A stretch of DNA of 63,742 bases, counting the filler, from Conidiobolus incongruus B7586 (Eukaryota): assembly GCA_000697335.1 (NCBI GenBank). It is 8 parts of 8 records of this genome, joined end to end, with 100 filler letters (N's around TTAATTAATTAA, not from the genome) between each part and the next. Parts side by side here need not be neighbours in the genome. Positions count along the whole stretch, not along the records: positions 37,463 to 43,585 come from JNEM01006196.1; positions 43,686 to 52,557 come from JNEM01006197.1; positions 52,658 to 59,705 come from JNEM01006198.1; 5 more parts are not named here. The stretch is one strand, 5' to 3'. The number at the start of each line of letters is the position of its first letter. Positions within the stretch are counted from its first letter, which is position 1. Positions 41,101 to 53,968 of this stretch are shown piece after piece. The position numbers and the translations under genes are program-made. The notes beneath the pieces are model-generated. The model did no database searches and was not told where the DNA came from. It saw only the letters and a program-made list of their open reading frames with translations.

Positions 41101-43010
41101 TATTATATTATATAAGAAGTGGTTATTAAATATAACTTTATTAAAGTTAACAAATAAAATGCTAATAAATAAATAATAAACAAATATATATCTTTATAAA
41201 TTATTAAAGTTTTTAATTAGTTTTTTATATTAATTTTTGCTTATAATAATAAAATTATTTGCTACAATTATAGAATTAGTATTAAGTATAATATTTAATA
41301 ATTTTATAGTAAGGTAATATAGATTTTTTAAGATTAATTTTATTATTTTATTTTAGAATATAAAAGAAATAGATTTGTAACTTTCTAAGGTAATATTTAT
41401 AAATATAAAACTATGATATTTAAACTAATTTTAACCTAGTATAAAATTATAACTAATATTACCAACTAAGAATTTAATATATTAAGAGTAATTAAAAAAT
41501 AATAATAAATATTTAAATATAATACCAAATTTTTATTTTATTAAGTTGTTAGTATATTTAATTATTAAGTTACTTTTTTAAATAGGTAAAGATAATTTTA
41601 TAATAATAATAAAAAAGATAATACAACTAAAGCAACTAAAATTTATTAAAATACTAACAAGTTTATCTATAAAAAAATTAATTAATACAAACAATAAAGT
41701 AATAGTTAAAGGTAAAAAATCACAAGATAAATTAGTGACTAGAATATTTTTAGTTTCTAGTAGTTTAATTAGTTAGATTTCTCTAGTATATATAATTTAA
41801 TTTATAGAATCATTAGTTTATTAAAGCTTTTGTAGATTAGATTAAAACCTATTAACTAATTGTAAAAAAGTGATTCTAAGGTTATATTAATATTATTCAG
41901 GTTTAATTTATGGTTAGTAAGTTAAGATTCTTAAAAATTAAATAGATGTTGTTTTTTTAAAAGGTATTTATTAGCTTTATAATTAACTTAAGTTTTTTAG
42001 TAATAATAACAACTTTTATTTACTCTTAAGTAAACTTTAACTTCTTTACTAAAGGTTTTCTTATAAAGCTTTAAAATAGAAACATTTATTATTTAAAACT
42101 TAAGTAGGTTAGAGTAAATTTTAAAAGATTAATTTTTAAGATAAAAAGATTTAATTATAGAGTAAAGGATATTATTAATTATAATTGCTATATTATAAAT
42201 GTTAGAAAAAAATATATTATCAAAGTATTCCCTACTAACTAATTAGAGTTTTATTTGAAGATTAAAGTATTGTAATAATTTCTAGATTTGTTTTTTTTCA
42301 GTGATATTTAATATATTTAAATATATCTTATTAAATTTCTCAATTAATTATCTTGTAGAAGTTTTTTATTTAACTTAAAAAAGCTTTTCTTTTGTTAATT
42401 AAATTTAATCTTTTAAGTAATACCTTTCTTTAAGGGTTTTGTTTAATTGTTTAAAAGTTTATATCTTTGTAATAAACTATCCTTTTAAAGATTTTTTAAG
42501 ATTAAGCTTGTAATAAATTAACTACCAGGTATAAGTAGTATTGTTAAAAAAAAGATAATTTAAAGATATTCTTTCAATATCAATTAAAAATTAAATTACA
42601 ATAATTCTTTATAATTTTAAAATAGTTTTCAAGCTTATAAAGGTTTATAAAACTATTATAAGTAGTTAATTTATTTTTAAAGATACTAAAAAGATAGTTT
42701 AATATATTAACAATAATAAAGTAGCTGGTTTGTTAAATTTAAGCTTTTTGAGATATATTTTTTTTAATCAAAAGTTGTCTAATATAAGTTTCTTAAAGGG
42801 TAGTAAATTTTTAAAAGATAAAGTTTTAAATTCACTCAGTAATTAAGTTATTATTATTATTAAAATAGTATAAAGGTATCTTTTTTAGTAATATTATAGT
42901 ATATAGTATTAAATCTAAATAAAATAAATTATAGATAAAATTTAAAATAATAATAAATAGATTTGATATAAATAGTTATTGATTTCTAATAGGTTTTTTG
43001 TAGTTTTATT

Positions 43011-43020
43011 ATTGCTACCA
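43011..43020 (-). promoter_or_regulatory. Primer-binding site (TGGTAGC, compatible with initiator tRNA-Met)
   Basis: attgctacca directly abuts the 5' LTR; the reverse complement begins TGG. Confidence 0.7.
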
Positions 43021-43416
43021 TATAAATATAGTGGTAGTTAAACTAATATAATATAGAGGAAAACTTGATATAAAAGTAATGTGATGTAAAATATAATAAT
43101 ATAACATGGTTATGATGTATAAGTGTAAATAAAGTTTAATTAAGCTTTAAACTAGTGTGAGTCACTAATATATTAAGATTTATATTAGATAATATTAATA
43201 TACTATAATATTAATAAGTAGTTTTAATTTTAGAAATAGTGTAAAAGTAAAAAATAGTAAGAACTGAGAGGAAAAAGAAGAACCTAGTTTATCAAATAAT
43301 TTAATATTATTTATATAATTAATTTAACTATATAAGTATAAATTAATCATATAATTTATAATTAATTGAATTATATGAAAATATATATAAGAATTTTGAG
43401 AACTAGTCTCTTAAAA
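43021..43416 (-). repeat. 5' LTR of Gypsy copy B
   Basis: Direct repeat of 37722-38120, adjacent to the PBS. Confidence 0.9.
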
Positions 43417-43585
43417 AATATAAAATTAAAGTTTTAAAAAATTTTCTAATTAAAAATAACTAGAAATAACTATTATATCTAGTATATTCTTTAGATTATA
43501 ACTTATATAGTTATAATTGTTTTTAATAATACAAAATTAATCTATAAAAATAATTTTTATAGGAAAATTAAATTAATTTAAAAAA
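43417..43585. repeat. Right part of host repeat interrupted by Gypsy copy B
   Basis: Colinear with ~25963-26130. Confidence 0.65.
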
Positions 43586-43685
43586 NNNNNNNNNNNNNNN
43601 NNNNNNNNNNNNNNNNNNNNNNNNNNNNNTTAATTAATTAANNNNNNNNNNNNNNNNNNNNNNNNNNNNNNNNNNNNNNNNNNNN
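43586..43685. other. Artificial contig spacer
   Basis: N44-TTAATTAATTAA-N44. Confidence 0.97.
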
Positions 43686-46600
43686 CATCGTGTTCATCGG
43701 AATTGCCTGGGCACCATATGCGAGATCCAAGTTAGACCCAGCGCGCATGTCAGCACTTGATGCATTTAAATTCAAACGGGATCCCGGACGTGAACCTGGG
43801 CCATGAGGAACGGGTGATGCGGGAGGATAGAATTGCGACATTTCATAACTGGGATTGGCGGGGTAACCAGGCTGAGGATGAATGAAAGAACCCTGTTGCT
43901 GATGCAATCCCTTTTTGATAGCACTGTCAGTAGTTCTATTGGTGTAGCCAGATTGTTTACTGTCAGCCGAATATTCTGTGCCATTTTCCCAGATTTCTTC
44001 CTCGTATTCGCTCCACTTCTTGACGGGAATACTCTTGGGATCGAATTTGCCTTCGTCAACCGCTACAACCTTCTTCTTCTTACCGCCTTCGCCGACAACA
44101 AGACGAGTATTACCCCAACTGAAATCGTCAAAGTGCCAGAAGGAGTACACGGGGATGAAGAATGCAAACACTGGTAAGGCCAAGATGTACACAATCATCC
44201 ATCCAATATGTTCCCACTTGCGTCGAATAATGAACACGAGCACTTGAAGTACGTAAGGCGCGACAATCAAACAGATAGAAGTGATTGGCAAAGTAGTTGG
44301 ACTGGTAGCAATCGTGTAGAAGAGATAAGCGAGGACGAAGAGGGTAGCAGGCATGACGACAGTTGACAACAAATCCATAAAAACGACAAATCTCATTGAG
44401 AAACAACAAAAACCACACAATCTGGGCAAGAAAACTAATTCTAAAAGGTTATGAACAGTAGAATTAATCCAACGACGTCTCTGAGATAGCAAAACACCCC
44501 AGGTATCGGGAGCATTGGTCAAACATTTGGCATCCGATGTGAAGGTCATCTTGAAGAATGGGAAATGCTTCAACATAAGAGTAGTGAGATAACGATCTTC
44601 ACCCAAGTGTAACAAATTCTTCTTGTGAAGGGTATCGACGATGTTTTCGGAATAGTCCTTGACGATTGCATTATTCACCAAAAGAGGTACGTTCTTGTTG
44701 GGGGCTCGAATTCTGTACATACAGAAACAACCAGGTAAACAAGTAACAGTACCGAAGAGGGATTCAAAAGCTTTGGCCAAGTGGTGAGAAATGAAGTATT
44801 CGTATACTTGAATCATAGTGGCCCAAGTATCTTTTTCATTTTCCAAAGCGGTTTCACCACAGATACCCATAATCTTCATATCGTGAAGCATAGCAGAAAT
44901 TAATCTGTTGAGGGAATCCGGCATGACCAACGTATCAGCATCCACCATTAATACGTATTCGTAGAAGTGAGGATCAACACCAATAACATTCTTGATTTGA
45001 TGATAGATTTCCAGTTCGAGAGGGGTCATTGGATAGTCGTAATGGACTTTGTTGAAGAAACGCATGAGGATCAATTGAGAGTCACGTTTACCACGATTAC
45101 CAGGTCTGGAACGTTCAATGGGACGACCAACTTTGACGACAACGAGATAAGGAACAACGTGGCCTTGACATTCATATAAACCGGTATATACTTTACCCAT
45201 ATTATGTTGTTTCATTCCCTCACCAAGTGATAAGAAACTGAGAGGTTCAGGTTGTAGATTGGGATCAGATCCCAAAATATCTAACACAATACGTGGTGTG
45301 GGCAAGTCGTTACCACCACCGACAATCATACCGTCACAAATAATAAAGAGTAGCTTTCTTTTATCGTCGTATTTCAACACGGCCAATGAATCAATAGTCT
45401 TCCTCAAAGAATCTTCACCTTCAGTATAACAGGGAACGTTACAAATAACAAACTTATCGTGATCTTCTGGCTCAGGTTTACTACCGAAGGATAATGAAGC
45501 CAAGAATTTAGCGAACAAGATCAAGAAAATGAAGATGGAGAGTGCTAACAAAACGTAGGATGAAAAGAGACATCGGAAGGAGTTACGATCGTCTACTTTA
45601 CCTCGGTAGAAGATCTGTCTCATACAACCTGTGGTGATATCTCTCAATTGAGGATTTTTGGAGTACAACTTATTGAATAGTTCGGTAATGTCTCTACCGT
45701 TACCAGCTCGAATCAATTCTACAAAGTTGGGATCAAGGAACTGCTTCTGGTCTTGTGTTAATTGACCTCCATCGGTGGGAAGAGTAAAGAAGTTCTCCTT
45801 GATGTAATCAGTAAATTCAAATACTTCCTGATCATAAATTACCCAAGTCTTATCCTGACCTGCAAAGGTTGAAATCGCACGCGCGTCGTAGGCTAAATCA
45901 GCAACTTTGAGGGTATTGTCCATGACACCCATGACACTCTGGAACCAAGTGGGATTGGGGTTACTGGTATAGGTACGGTGATCGTGGTATTGTGCATAAC
46001 CTTGATTTCCTGCTAATCCTTGAGTAGAATTCTGCAAATTGAGTCTTTCGTCAATGTTTGTTCCGTCGTATCGGAAACATAAAGAGCTCAACTGCATTGG
46101 GAACAGGAAGCTAGCGTCTTGGCCACCGAAGATCTTAGCGATCTGAGCATTTTGGACGGGACCGGGGTGATTCGTCAATTTGTTGATATTATATACACGG
46201 CCCCATACTGAAGTGTAAGCTTTATTCTGTTTATCTTGATTGTATGCATCAGTAACTTCAGTAGGTGATAAAATATTACGTTTGGGACATACTAGAGGAT
46301 TGATACCAACGATAAAGAGAACCATAGCAGCACACATGAAGAAAATGATAAGACAAAGTGCTAACTTTTCACGCCATGCCATACGAACATCACGATGCTT
46401 CATACGGCCACAGCAAGATAGACAGAAAGATGGAATCCACCAGGTGAGAGCCCAAGTACAGCAGACCCAAGCCTTACGTGCACGGGTTTTGGGTGGCTTA
46501 TCTTCTTCTTCCTCTTCCTCCTCTTCTTCAATGACTTTAAGATTATTCTCAGCTTTTGTGAGAAGGATGTCCTCTTGAGATGCAAGAGCGGGATCAGCAT

Positions 46601-49071
46601 CCATCAAACTCTGTTGATCGTCACCAATATTATCATCGTCGGAGTAGTAGGACTGAGCATCGTCGTTGAGGAAATTGGGTTTAGGAGCACCCAAGCCACC
46701 TTCCTCATAAGCGCGGACCATATTCTCACGCTCTGTGGCTCTCAAATGATCTTCGAGGTCGCGCCACACTTCGTCGGATAGATAACAGAATTGTTGGCCG
46801 AGAGCAATGTGTTCGGGACCCCAGCCGAAGATATTGGCGGCAGCTTCGCAAATTTGGGCAGCAGTGCGGTTGGGATCGATACCCATAGGCTCCAAGATTT
46901 GGAGGTATCTGCCGACGAATTCATCGTGTTGGTAGCAAACGGTGTATTCGACTTCCTTACGTTGTGATAAGTTGGCTAAAGAGTAGCGATCTACTTGGTC
47001 GCCGATTGTACCACTATCGAATTGATCGGACACGTTGGAGTTATTGGCACGGAGACAGATCACGAACCAAGGCTCAGTATTATCAAAGGTATCAAACAAC
47101 TCGTCCAAAGCGGTTTGGAACTGAGTTGATGCGCAAGGAATCTTGTTACGACCTGTGGATGTTTCAATCTCTTCAGGAGCCTGAGCTCTGGGACGCTTCA
47201 TAGAAGGCTGACGCACTGGCATAGCACTCTGCTGTGCAGAAACAAGGGCAGCAGAGTTCTTGGGGTGACTCTCTGTAGTGACCGCGCTACTAGTGAAGAG
47301 ACCAGAAACGAATGGATTACCTACTGGCACGCCAGAATCCCCTTTGAATGTGGAAACGAAATCCAAGCAAATAGAATCCATGTTCTTAGCCATAAATCCA
47401 GAGGAATTATAGGTAACTGGAGCGGCAAAGTGGCGGATAGTGAATTCTCCCATATTTAAGTTGGCGCTAAAGTAATCATTTTCGGCATGTACTTTATGTA
47501 AAGCTGCAAGCATACCAGGATCATTGTTGGGACCTCTGGCCTTATTGGCTTGCTTATGTAAAATGGAAATAATACCGTTACCAGATTTACCAAGAAGAGT
47601 AGTAACAGGTTGGTTACTGACATAGGGAACAATGGGAATTTGAACCATATCTTCGGCGTAAGCATCATTAGAAGCTTCGAAAAGTTGGTAACACATGTAG
47701 TTGTACAAACGTTCGTTTGCATAATTGGTCAAAAATTGTTCAAAGCCATTGCCATTGGGATTAATTTGAAAACCTGGCAAGTCTAATAAACCTATGAAAT
47801 TAGCTTGATTTTCCTTACAGAGACGAGTATTGATGTATTCAATAATCCAGGAAAATAGAAGGGAGTAGAGGACTGTAGCTAGATCATCTCTTTGGGCAGC
47901 TGATTGAGATGCATCTAGATAAACAGTGCACATTTCCTTTTTGATTAATTTGGTCTTGTAAGTAAGGAGACCCTCAAGAGATGAAGGTAATAAACCGAGG
48001 AAATCGGCAACAACATTAAGAACATCATCGTTCTTTACATAAGCCGCTTCCTGAGCTGCACCATGCTGGTTAGCGAATGTAACATTACCTAAGTGAAGGA
48101 TAGCTGCAAGCACTTGGAAGATCTGGCTCTGGAATTTGCGATTGAAACCAACACTCTTCATATTGGATTTCAAGTCATGGAACTGAGAGTTAAGCTGATC
48201 AAGGGAGTAAGCAGGAAGAGTTCCCTGAAGGTAGTGAAAGTGACCAGGTTCCTGAAGTTGGAAATGAGCCTTTTCCTCAGCGGTAACACCAGCAAGCATC
48301 TGGTAAAACACATGGAAATTGGACTCATTCCTAGGAACATGAGTGACTCTCGTCTTTTCCAATAAATAATCTAAATTTTTAACACCGATAGTTCTACCGC
48401 GATTATCAAACTGTAACTCCATATACTTTCCAAATCGACTAGCATTGGAATGATGCATGGTGGAGGCATTACCGAAACTTTCGAACACCTTTTCACTAGC
48501 TAAAATTTGAGAGTATAACTTAGCTTCCTTCTTGGAAGAACTGCGTAAATTCGACATTTGTTGTAAGAAGTATTTTTTCACTTCGGTTTTACCACTGCCA
48601 GATTCACCACTATAAATTAATGGTTAATATTAAAGTATTCTTATTAGTTTTGATGATATTATCATTAAAAGCTAGAATATAGTGAATTAAAATATGAAAA
48701 TGAACTTACTTGATTACAACAGATTGATCTATGCCACTTCGCTTCAAGTGAAAGTAAACTGTATTGGCGAAAGAAAATATATGAGGGGGCAATTCTTCCC
48801 TTTGTCCTGAGCAATTACGATAATCTTTAACATATTTTTCAGTGGTTTCTTTATCGTAAATACTCAATGGTTTACAAGGGTTCACACTCAAAAGGACCCT
48901 GGCACCCACTCGAGTGTAAATTTCATCAGACATATAACGCTGTTGAAGCGTAGCAACTACTGAAGGTTTGGTCTTATTACTTAAATAAACTAAGTCGGAT
49001 AAGTTACGGTCGGCAGCCGAAGGTTCATTGCGACCGGAATGCGTTGGTTTGGCCACTAATCTCGTGGTCAT
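43686..49071 (-). CDS. Class V chitin synthase with N-terminal myosin motor domain; 3' end lost in gap
   Basis: Exon 1 is 49071-48710; removing intron 48709-48610 restores the P-loop GESGSGKT. Myosin motif NASRFGKY, cytochrome-b5-like region, and GT2 motifs VPCYTEG, VDADT, QVYEY, LPGCF, GEDRYL, QRRRW. Confidence 0.96.
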
Positions 49072-52000
49072 TGGATTTAAATTAGATTAATTAAAAACAG
49101 TAAATAGAATTAAAGATAATTTAGAATAATAATAATATATAATATCTACAAAAACAATATCGATGTAATAATACACTATTAAGATTTATAATGAATGCAA
49201 AGGTCAAAAAAGTATCAAACTGAATTAAAATATTGAATGAGATTCAATTTGAGATAAATTTAAAATTAGGAGAGAGTTAAGGGGATTAGTTGATTTTGAA
49301 AGTGAAATAGGATAATTCTTAAAATAATCAACTTGTATTATGAGTGTTTTATAATATCTCAAGTCAATTTTCAATTTTGAAAACTTGATACCGTATTGGA
49401 AGCATTAATCTATTTATATTCTTGCGTGACATATGTTGAACGAATTCTATTTGCCTTAATACGGTATCCAGTAGTATGGAGGGGGTTTTGTTTTTTGGGG
49501 GGATTCGAGGGAGAACAGGTTTCAGCTTTTCTTTGAGTTACGGAATTTTTTTTAGTATGCTTGAAACAGTTCAACTCCAAATTAGTCTATATCCAATTAT
49601 CTAAATTTAACCTTTCACAATTATAATTATTACAAATATTGCCACAATAAGATTCAGCACAATATCATTACTCATCGATAAATAATCAATACATTGGAGT
49701 CATTTGATTATCTTATGTTTGATTCAATATAAATATGCTTATTTAGATTGAGTGATCAGTATTTGAACACATTGTTTCACATTTTTATCAAATCCAATTT
49801 ATCTCCACCCATTTAACTGAGCGGTTTTTGATGCCTCAATCCTTTATCAATACCCGAGATTAAGATAACTAACTCTTCAGCAACGTAGATACAAAATCAT
49901 ATTATCTAATACTTACAAACTATCCAGCAGTGATCAATAGATCAGGTGAAACTATCGGATAATTTTTAGTTACCTGGGCTGTATCTACCTACTTCGCTGA
50001 ATACAGGTGAGTTCATATTAAATTTAATTTAGTACAATGGAGATTAATTCCTTAGATTGTTTTTCTAACTCCAAAAAATAGTGATAAATTAACTATTTCA
50101 AACATTTTATCGTAGTTTAATTGGTTAATTTTTATTAATTTATCACGTGGAAATCTCTCGTGCAACAATTCTTTTAATTATATTGAACTCAAAGGACATG
50201 ATTTTATAGCAAAATACAATATTGTATAGATTCAAAGATATATATATACATTTAACTACTATAAAAATGAATTAAAGTATAAACAGATTATAGCCATATC
50301 TTAGATTAAATATCCTTAATTTTAATTTAATTTAATAAATTAAAATGTAATCAACAGTTTTCTCAACAATTGTAGTTAAAATCAATTCAAAATTTGAGGC
50401 AAAATCGACATAATATCATATAATTCATGCCGAGTACCAAAAATTTTCACTTAACATTCTCCCTTCTTAAAGTTACATGAACCATTAAAATCCAATTTGT
50501 AAAAGATTAAAAAATTATTCCATAACGCCCACTCATTTCGCCCTTGAGTATTAATCAATTTAGACAAGTTACTCACCATTGAATCATCCCTATTGTATTG
50601 AACTGTCATTCCTTGAAGCTTATAATTTTTGTATATTATCACAATTGTTTTCAGGAGTTATTTTTTGAGAACACTTACTTAAAACTTGATTAATCATAAT
50701 TGTAGTATTTAACGAATTGCATTTTGTCACTAACATTAACACTTGAAATGTAATAAAAATCTGGATCTTGATTTTGACTTTGGGAGAATTTTTAAAACAA
50801 AGGATATTAAATTAAAGAGTAAAATTTAAATAGTAAAATTTAAATAGTAATTATAACTTTTAACTCAAAAATATAAATTACAAATGTTTAACTCATTAAA
50901 CCATAATATTATAAATTATTCAATAAATATCTGTAAATAATTTAAAAGCTGATTAAATCATCAATCTTATACTCAAATTTGACTGCGAATTTTCAAATTA
51001 GTAAAAGAGAAAAATTATTCTTAATTACCCAGATAATCAATTAATTTTTTATTTTTAGATTTAGAGTTTATTATTTACTCATGAAATGATTAAAGGTTTG
51101 GGAGATTTTTTTGAAAATCCATCCTTCGGATGATATCTTGCTTATCTTAAAGTTACTTTTATAACGTTATTCAAAAATTTATTTAACATTTAAATTGTTG
51201 ATAAAATACTAAACGAGTTCAGAGTTTTGCAAGTGCAGCACTACTCTTCATATGTTTAACTATAATCTTTAATTGTCACATTTGTATCAAGTGAAAATTT
51301 TGTTATTGATATTATTTTCAGTTACATAACTTTATAAAACAATTTCCCAAATTTTAATGTATCTAAGATAAAAATGCGATCAAGACTGCGGATATATTAA
51401 TTTTATTTATTGAGTTTTTCAGTGAATATTATTTATATGAATATTGTGAAGTCTTCTTGTATAAATCAATTTTCAATGTTTTTTTCATTTATTACCATAT
51501 TATCTAGATAAGATTCAAAACCTCTAATCAATAAAATTTCTTAAAGGTTCCAGAATTATTTTAAGGATTTAGTATAAAAATAGATCAATGATTGAGAAAA
51601 CTAATGAAAAATTGTCACGATATCGCTAAAATCTGGTGGAATATTTTTAATCAATTTCAATTTAAAAAAGCAATGATATCATAAACAATTTAACATCCCA
51701 TATGATTTTACAATATGATGAAACGTTAAATATTTTAACTTATAACTCATAATTTTGAAAGATTGAATAATCTGAATCTAGATGAAATTTTAATATACTT
51801 ATTTTTTAGATTCTATATTAAGAACTTTAAATTAATTGCATAATATATTGTATATAATTTGATCATTTAGAATTATAATATTTCTAAATAATCGTATTGA
51901 TTAATTTTAAAGTTAATTAATTATAAATTTGTATATAAATTTTATAGGATCAATTATTTTGGATAAAATAATTTCAATAGATTTCTTTGACTAAAGATTG

Positions 52001-52525
52001 TATTAATATAAATATTCTTATTGAATATTATTTTGACTTTATATGCAGCAAACAAATTTGTTACAGATTTTTATTATTGTTATTAATTATGAATTCAAAA
52101 TTGATATAAATGATATATATTGGTAACTGGAACCTTGGCAATAATAACATTTGAGTTTAATTTTTATCATTTTCAAAAGCAAGAATAGATTTTGCCAATT
52201 AAGGTCTATTCCAAAATATTTAATTTAATATACGGCTCATTCTAGCCAAAATAGTTTATTTTTGAAACTTTAATTATCATTATGAACTAACAGTTACATA
52301 TTCAAACTTGAAAGCATAATAATGATTGTAGTAAATAATAATTTCCACTTATTTATATTTTAATAAATTATTTGCTTCCAATGATTTCTTAAAAAAATTG
52401 AGGTATAACTTTATTATATAATTTACCAGAATTTCCTAATTTCAATATAATTTTAATTGTTAAAACTAATTCATAATAAATAATAATTTAATCAGTTATC
52501 ATTCAGTTATTTGATCTTTATTAAC

Positions 52526-52557
<32 letters not shown>

Positions 52558-52657
52558 NNNNNNNNNNNNNNNNNNNNNNNNNNNNNNNNNNNNNNNNNNN
52601 NTTAATTAATTAANNNNNNNNNNNNNNNNNNNNNNNNNNNNNNNNNNNNNNNNNNNN
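52558..52657. other. Artificial contig spacer
   Basis: N44-TTAATTAATTAA-N44. Confidence 0.97.
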
Positions 52658-53968
52658 GGAGCTACAGCTATTGAAGATAAGCTTCAAGAAGGCGTCCCTG
52701 AATGTATCGAATCTTTGAGAACTGCCGGAATTCGAGTTTGGGTACTTACTGGAGATAAAATGGAAACTGCTATTAACATTGGATTCGCATGCAGTCTGTT
52801 AAACAAGGATATGAAAGTCTATACTGTAGCTAACGGTAACGCCGAACAGGTCGAAGAAAACTTCTTCCACATTGCAGAAGAAATCAAAAGGAAAGAATTC
52901 CATGATGGAAATGATGCAATTGTAATCGATGGTGGTGCTTTAAAGCATATTGTTGATAGAAGAAAATGTTTAAAAACACTTATAGAGTTGGCACCCATAT
53001 TCGGTTCAGTAATTTGCTGTAGAACTAGTCCCTTGCAAAAAGCTCAAGTTGTCCATATGATTAAAAAAGGATACAAAGCCATTACTCTTTCCATTGGAGA
53101 TGGAGCTAACGATGTTAGTATGATTCAACAGGCACATGTAGGGGTAGCTATTGCTGGTGAAGAAGGATTACAGGCTTCGATGGCATCAGATTATACCATT
53201 TCGCAATTCAAATTCCTCTCCAACCTGTTATTAGCACATGGCCAAATGTCTTATCATCGTGTTTCCGAAATGATCAATTGTTTCTTTTACAAGAATATCG
53301 TCTGGACAGTTAGTGCTTTTTGGTACCAATTTTTCTGCCTTTTCTCATCCAATCTATTCTTTGATTATTCTTTGATTACATTGTATAATTTAATCTTTAC
53401 TGTTGCTACAGTAGTTATCATGGGCGGTCAGGATCTTCCTATTAGCTATGAAAATTACTTAAAATATCCTCAAGTCTACAAACTTGGTATCAAACAACGA
53501 TTTTTCAATACCTACATGTTTCTAACTTATGTACTGGACAGCCTCTACCAGTCGCTTCTCTGTTATTTCATTTATCATCTTTTACACGTTGATAATGTTG
53601 AAAATGCAAATGGTAAAAATAGTGTGCTTTACTATCAATCATCTGGTACTGCTGTAGCAATTGTCATCATTGCTAATCTATTTGTTGGGTTCCATTGTCG
53701 TTACTGGACATGGATTATGCATTTCTGGACTTGGCTATGCATTGCTCTGATATTTATCTTTATTCCAGTTTATTCGATTATATTCTATGGATCCTTCTAC
53801 TATGTAGGTGTCGAAGTTATGACTAATGCAGGGTTTTGGTTAGGCATACCAATCGCAATAGTTGCTTCAATGTTACCAAGATACATCATATCCTACATTC
53901 GACAAATGTATTACCCTAACGACCTTGACATCGTTCGAGAAGCTCAATTAATCAAAAAAATTCAGTGA
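52658..53968 (+). CDS. P4-type ATPase (phospholipid flippase, Dnf-like), 5' part in gap
   Basis: GATAIEDKLQEGVP, WVLTGDKMETAINIG, CCRTSPLQKA, IGDGANDVSMIQ, GEEGLQA, FFYKN. Confidence 0.93.
   Translation, partial: GATAIEDKLQEGVPECIESLRTAGIRVWVLTGDKMETAINIGFACSLLNKDMKVYTVANGNAEQVEENFFHIAEEIKRKEFHDGNDAIVIDGGALKHIVDRRKCLKTLIELAPIFGSVICCRTSPLQKAQVVHMIKKGYKAITLSIGDGANDVSMIQQAHVGVAIAGEEGLQASMASDYTISQFKFLSNLLLAHGQMSYHRVSEMINCFFYKNIVWTVSAFWYQFFCLFSSNLFFDYSLITLYNLIFTVATVVIMGGQDLPISYENYLKYPQVYKLGIKQRFFNTYMFLTYVLDSLYQSLLCYFIYHLLHVDNVENANGKNSVLYYQSSGTAVAIVIIANLFVGFHCRYWTWIMHFWTWLCIALIFIFIPVYSIIFYGSFYYVGVEVMTNAGFWLGIPIAIVASMLPRYIISYIRQMYYPNDLDIVREAQLIKKIQ

Larger units (their letters stand above)
37722..43416 (-). 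mobile_element. Full-length ~5.7-kb Ty3/Gypsy chromovirus copy B, hypermutated
   Basis: LTRs 43021-43416 (5') and 37722-38120 (3'). PBS TGGTAGC at 43020-43014 and PPT at 38121-38127. YLDD appears as YLNN (~40548-40559); integrase zinc-finger CDIC at ~39298-39312; chromodomain relic at ~38200-38250. Imperfect TSD tatat/aatat. Confidence 0.92.

Noticed and set aside
34004..41190. Apparent giant inverted repeat or palindrome
   Set aside because: Two separate Gypsy copies in opposite orientation on different contigs, separated by a spacer; not a single hairpin element.
32808..43585. Alternative genetic code or stop readthrough to explain in-frame TAA/TAG at Gln/Trp positions
   Set aside because: Stops replace both Q and W, catalytic D/E codons are also mutated, the copies differ at these sites, and host genes use TAA/TAG as normal stops.
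43772..48365. Many short antisense and alternate-frame ORFs inside the chitin synthase (likewise within the MFS, ArfGAP, MTHFR, arrestin and CWF18 genes)
   Set aside because: Shadow ORFs of real genes with no independent motifs.
49960..50015. ttacctgg as a U1 snRNA 5' end, or an HDV-like ribozyme hairpin
   Set aside because: Lacks ATACTTACCTG, the U1 loops and the Sm site; the HDV double pseudoknot cannot be built.
50400..50690. 63-aa minus-strand ORF with a few cysteines
   Set aside because: Non-ATG start and no motif; at most an unassignable relic.
49072..52557. Head-to-head class VII chitin synthase partner, as in filamentous ascomycetes
   Set aside because: No chitin synthase or myosin sequence in the 3.5 kb upstream.
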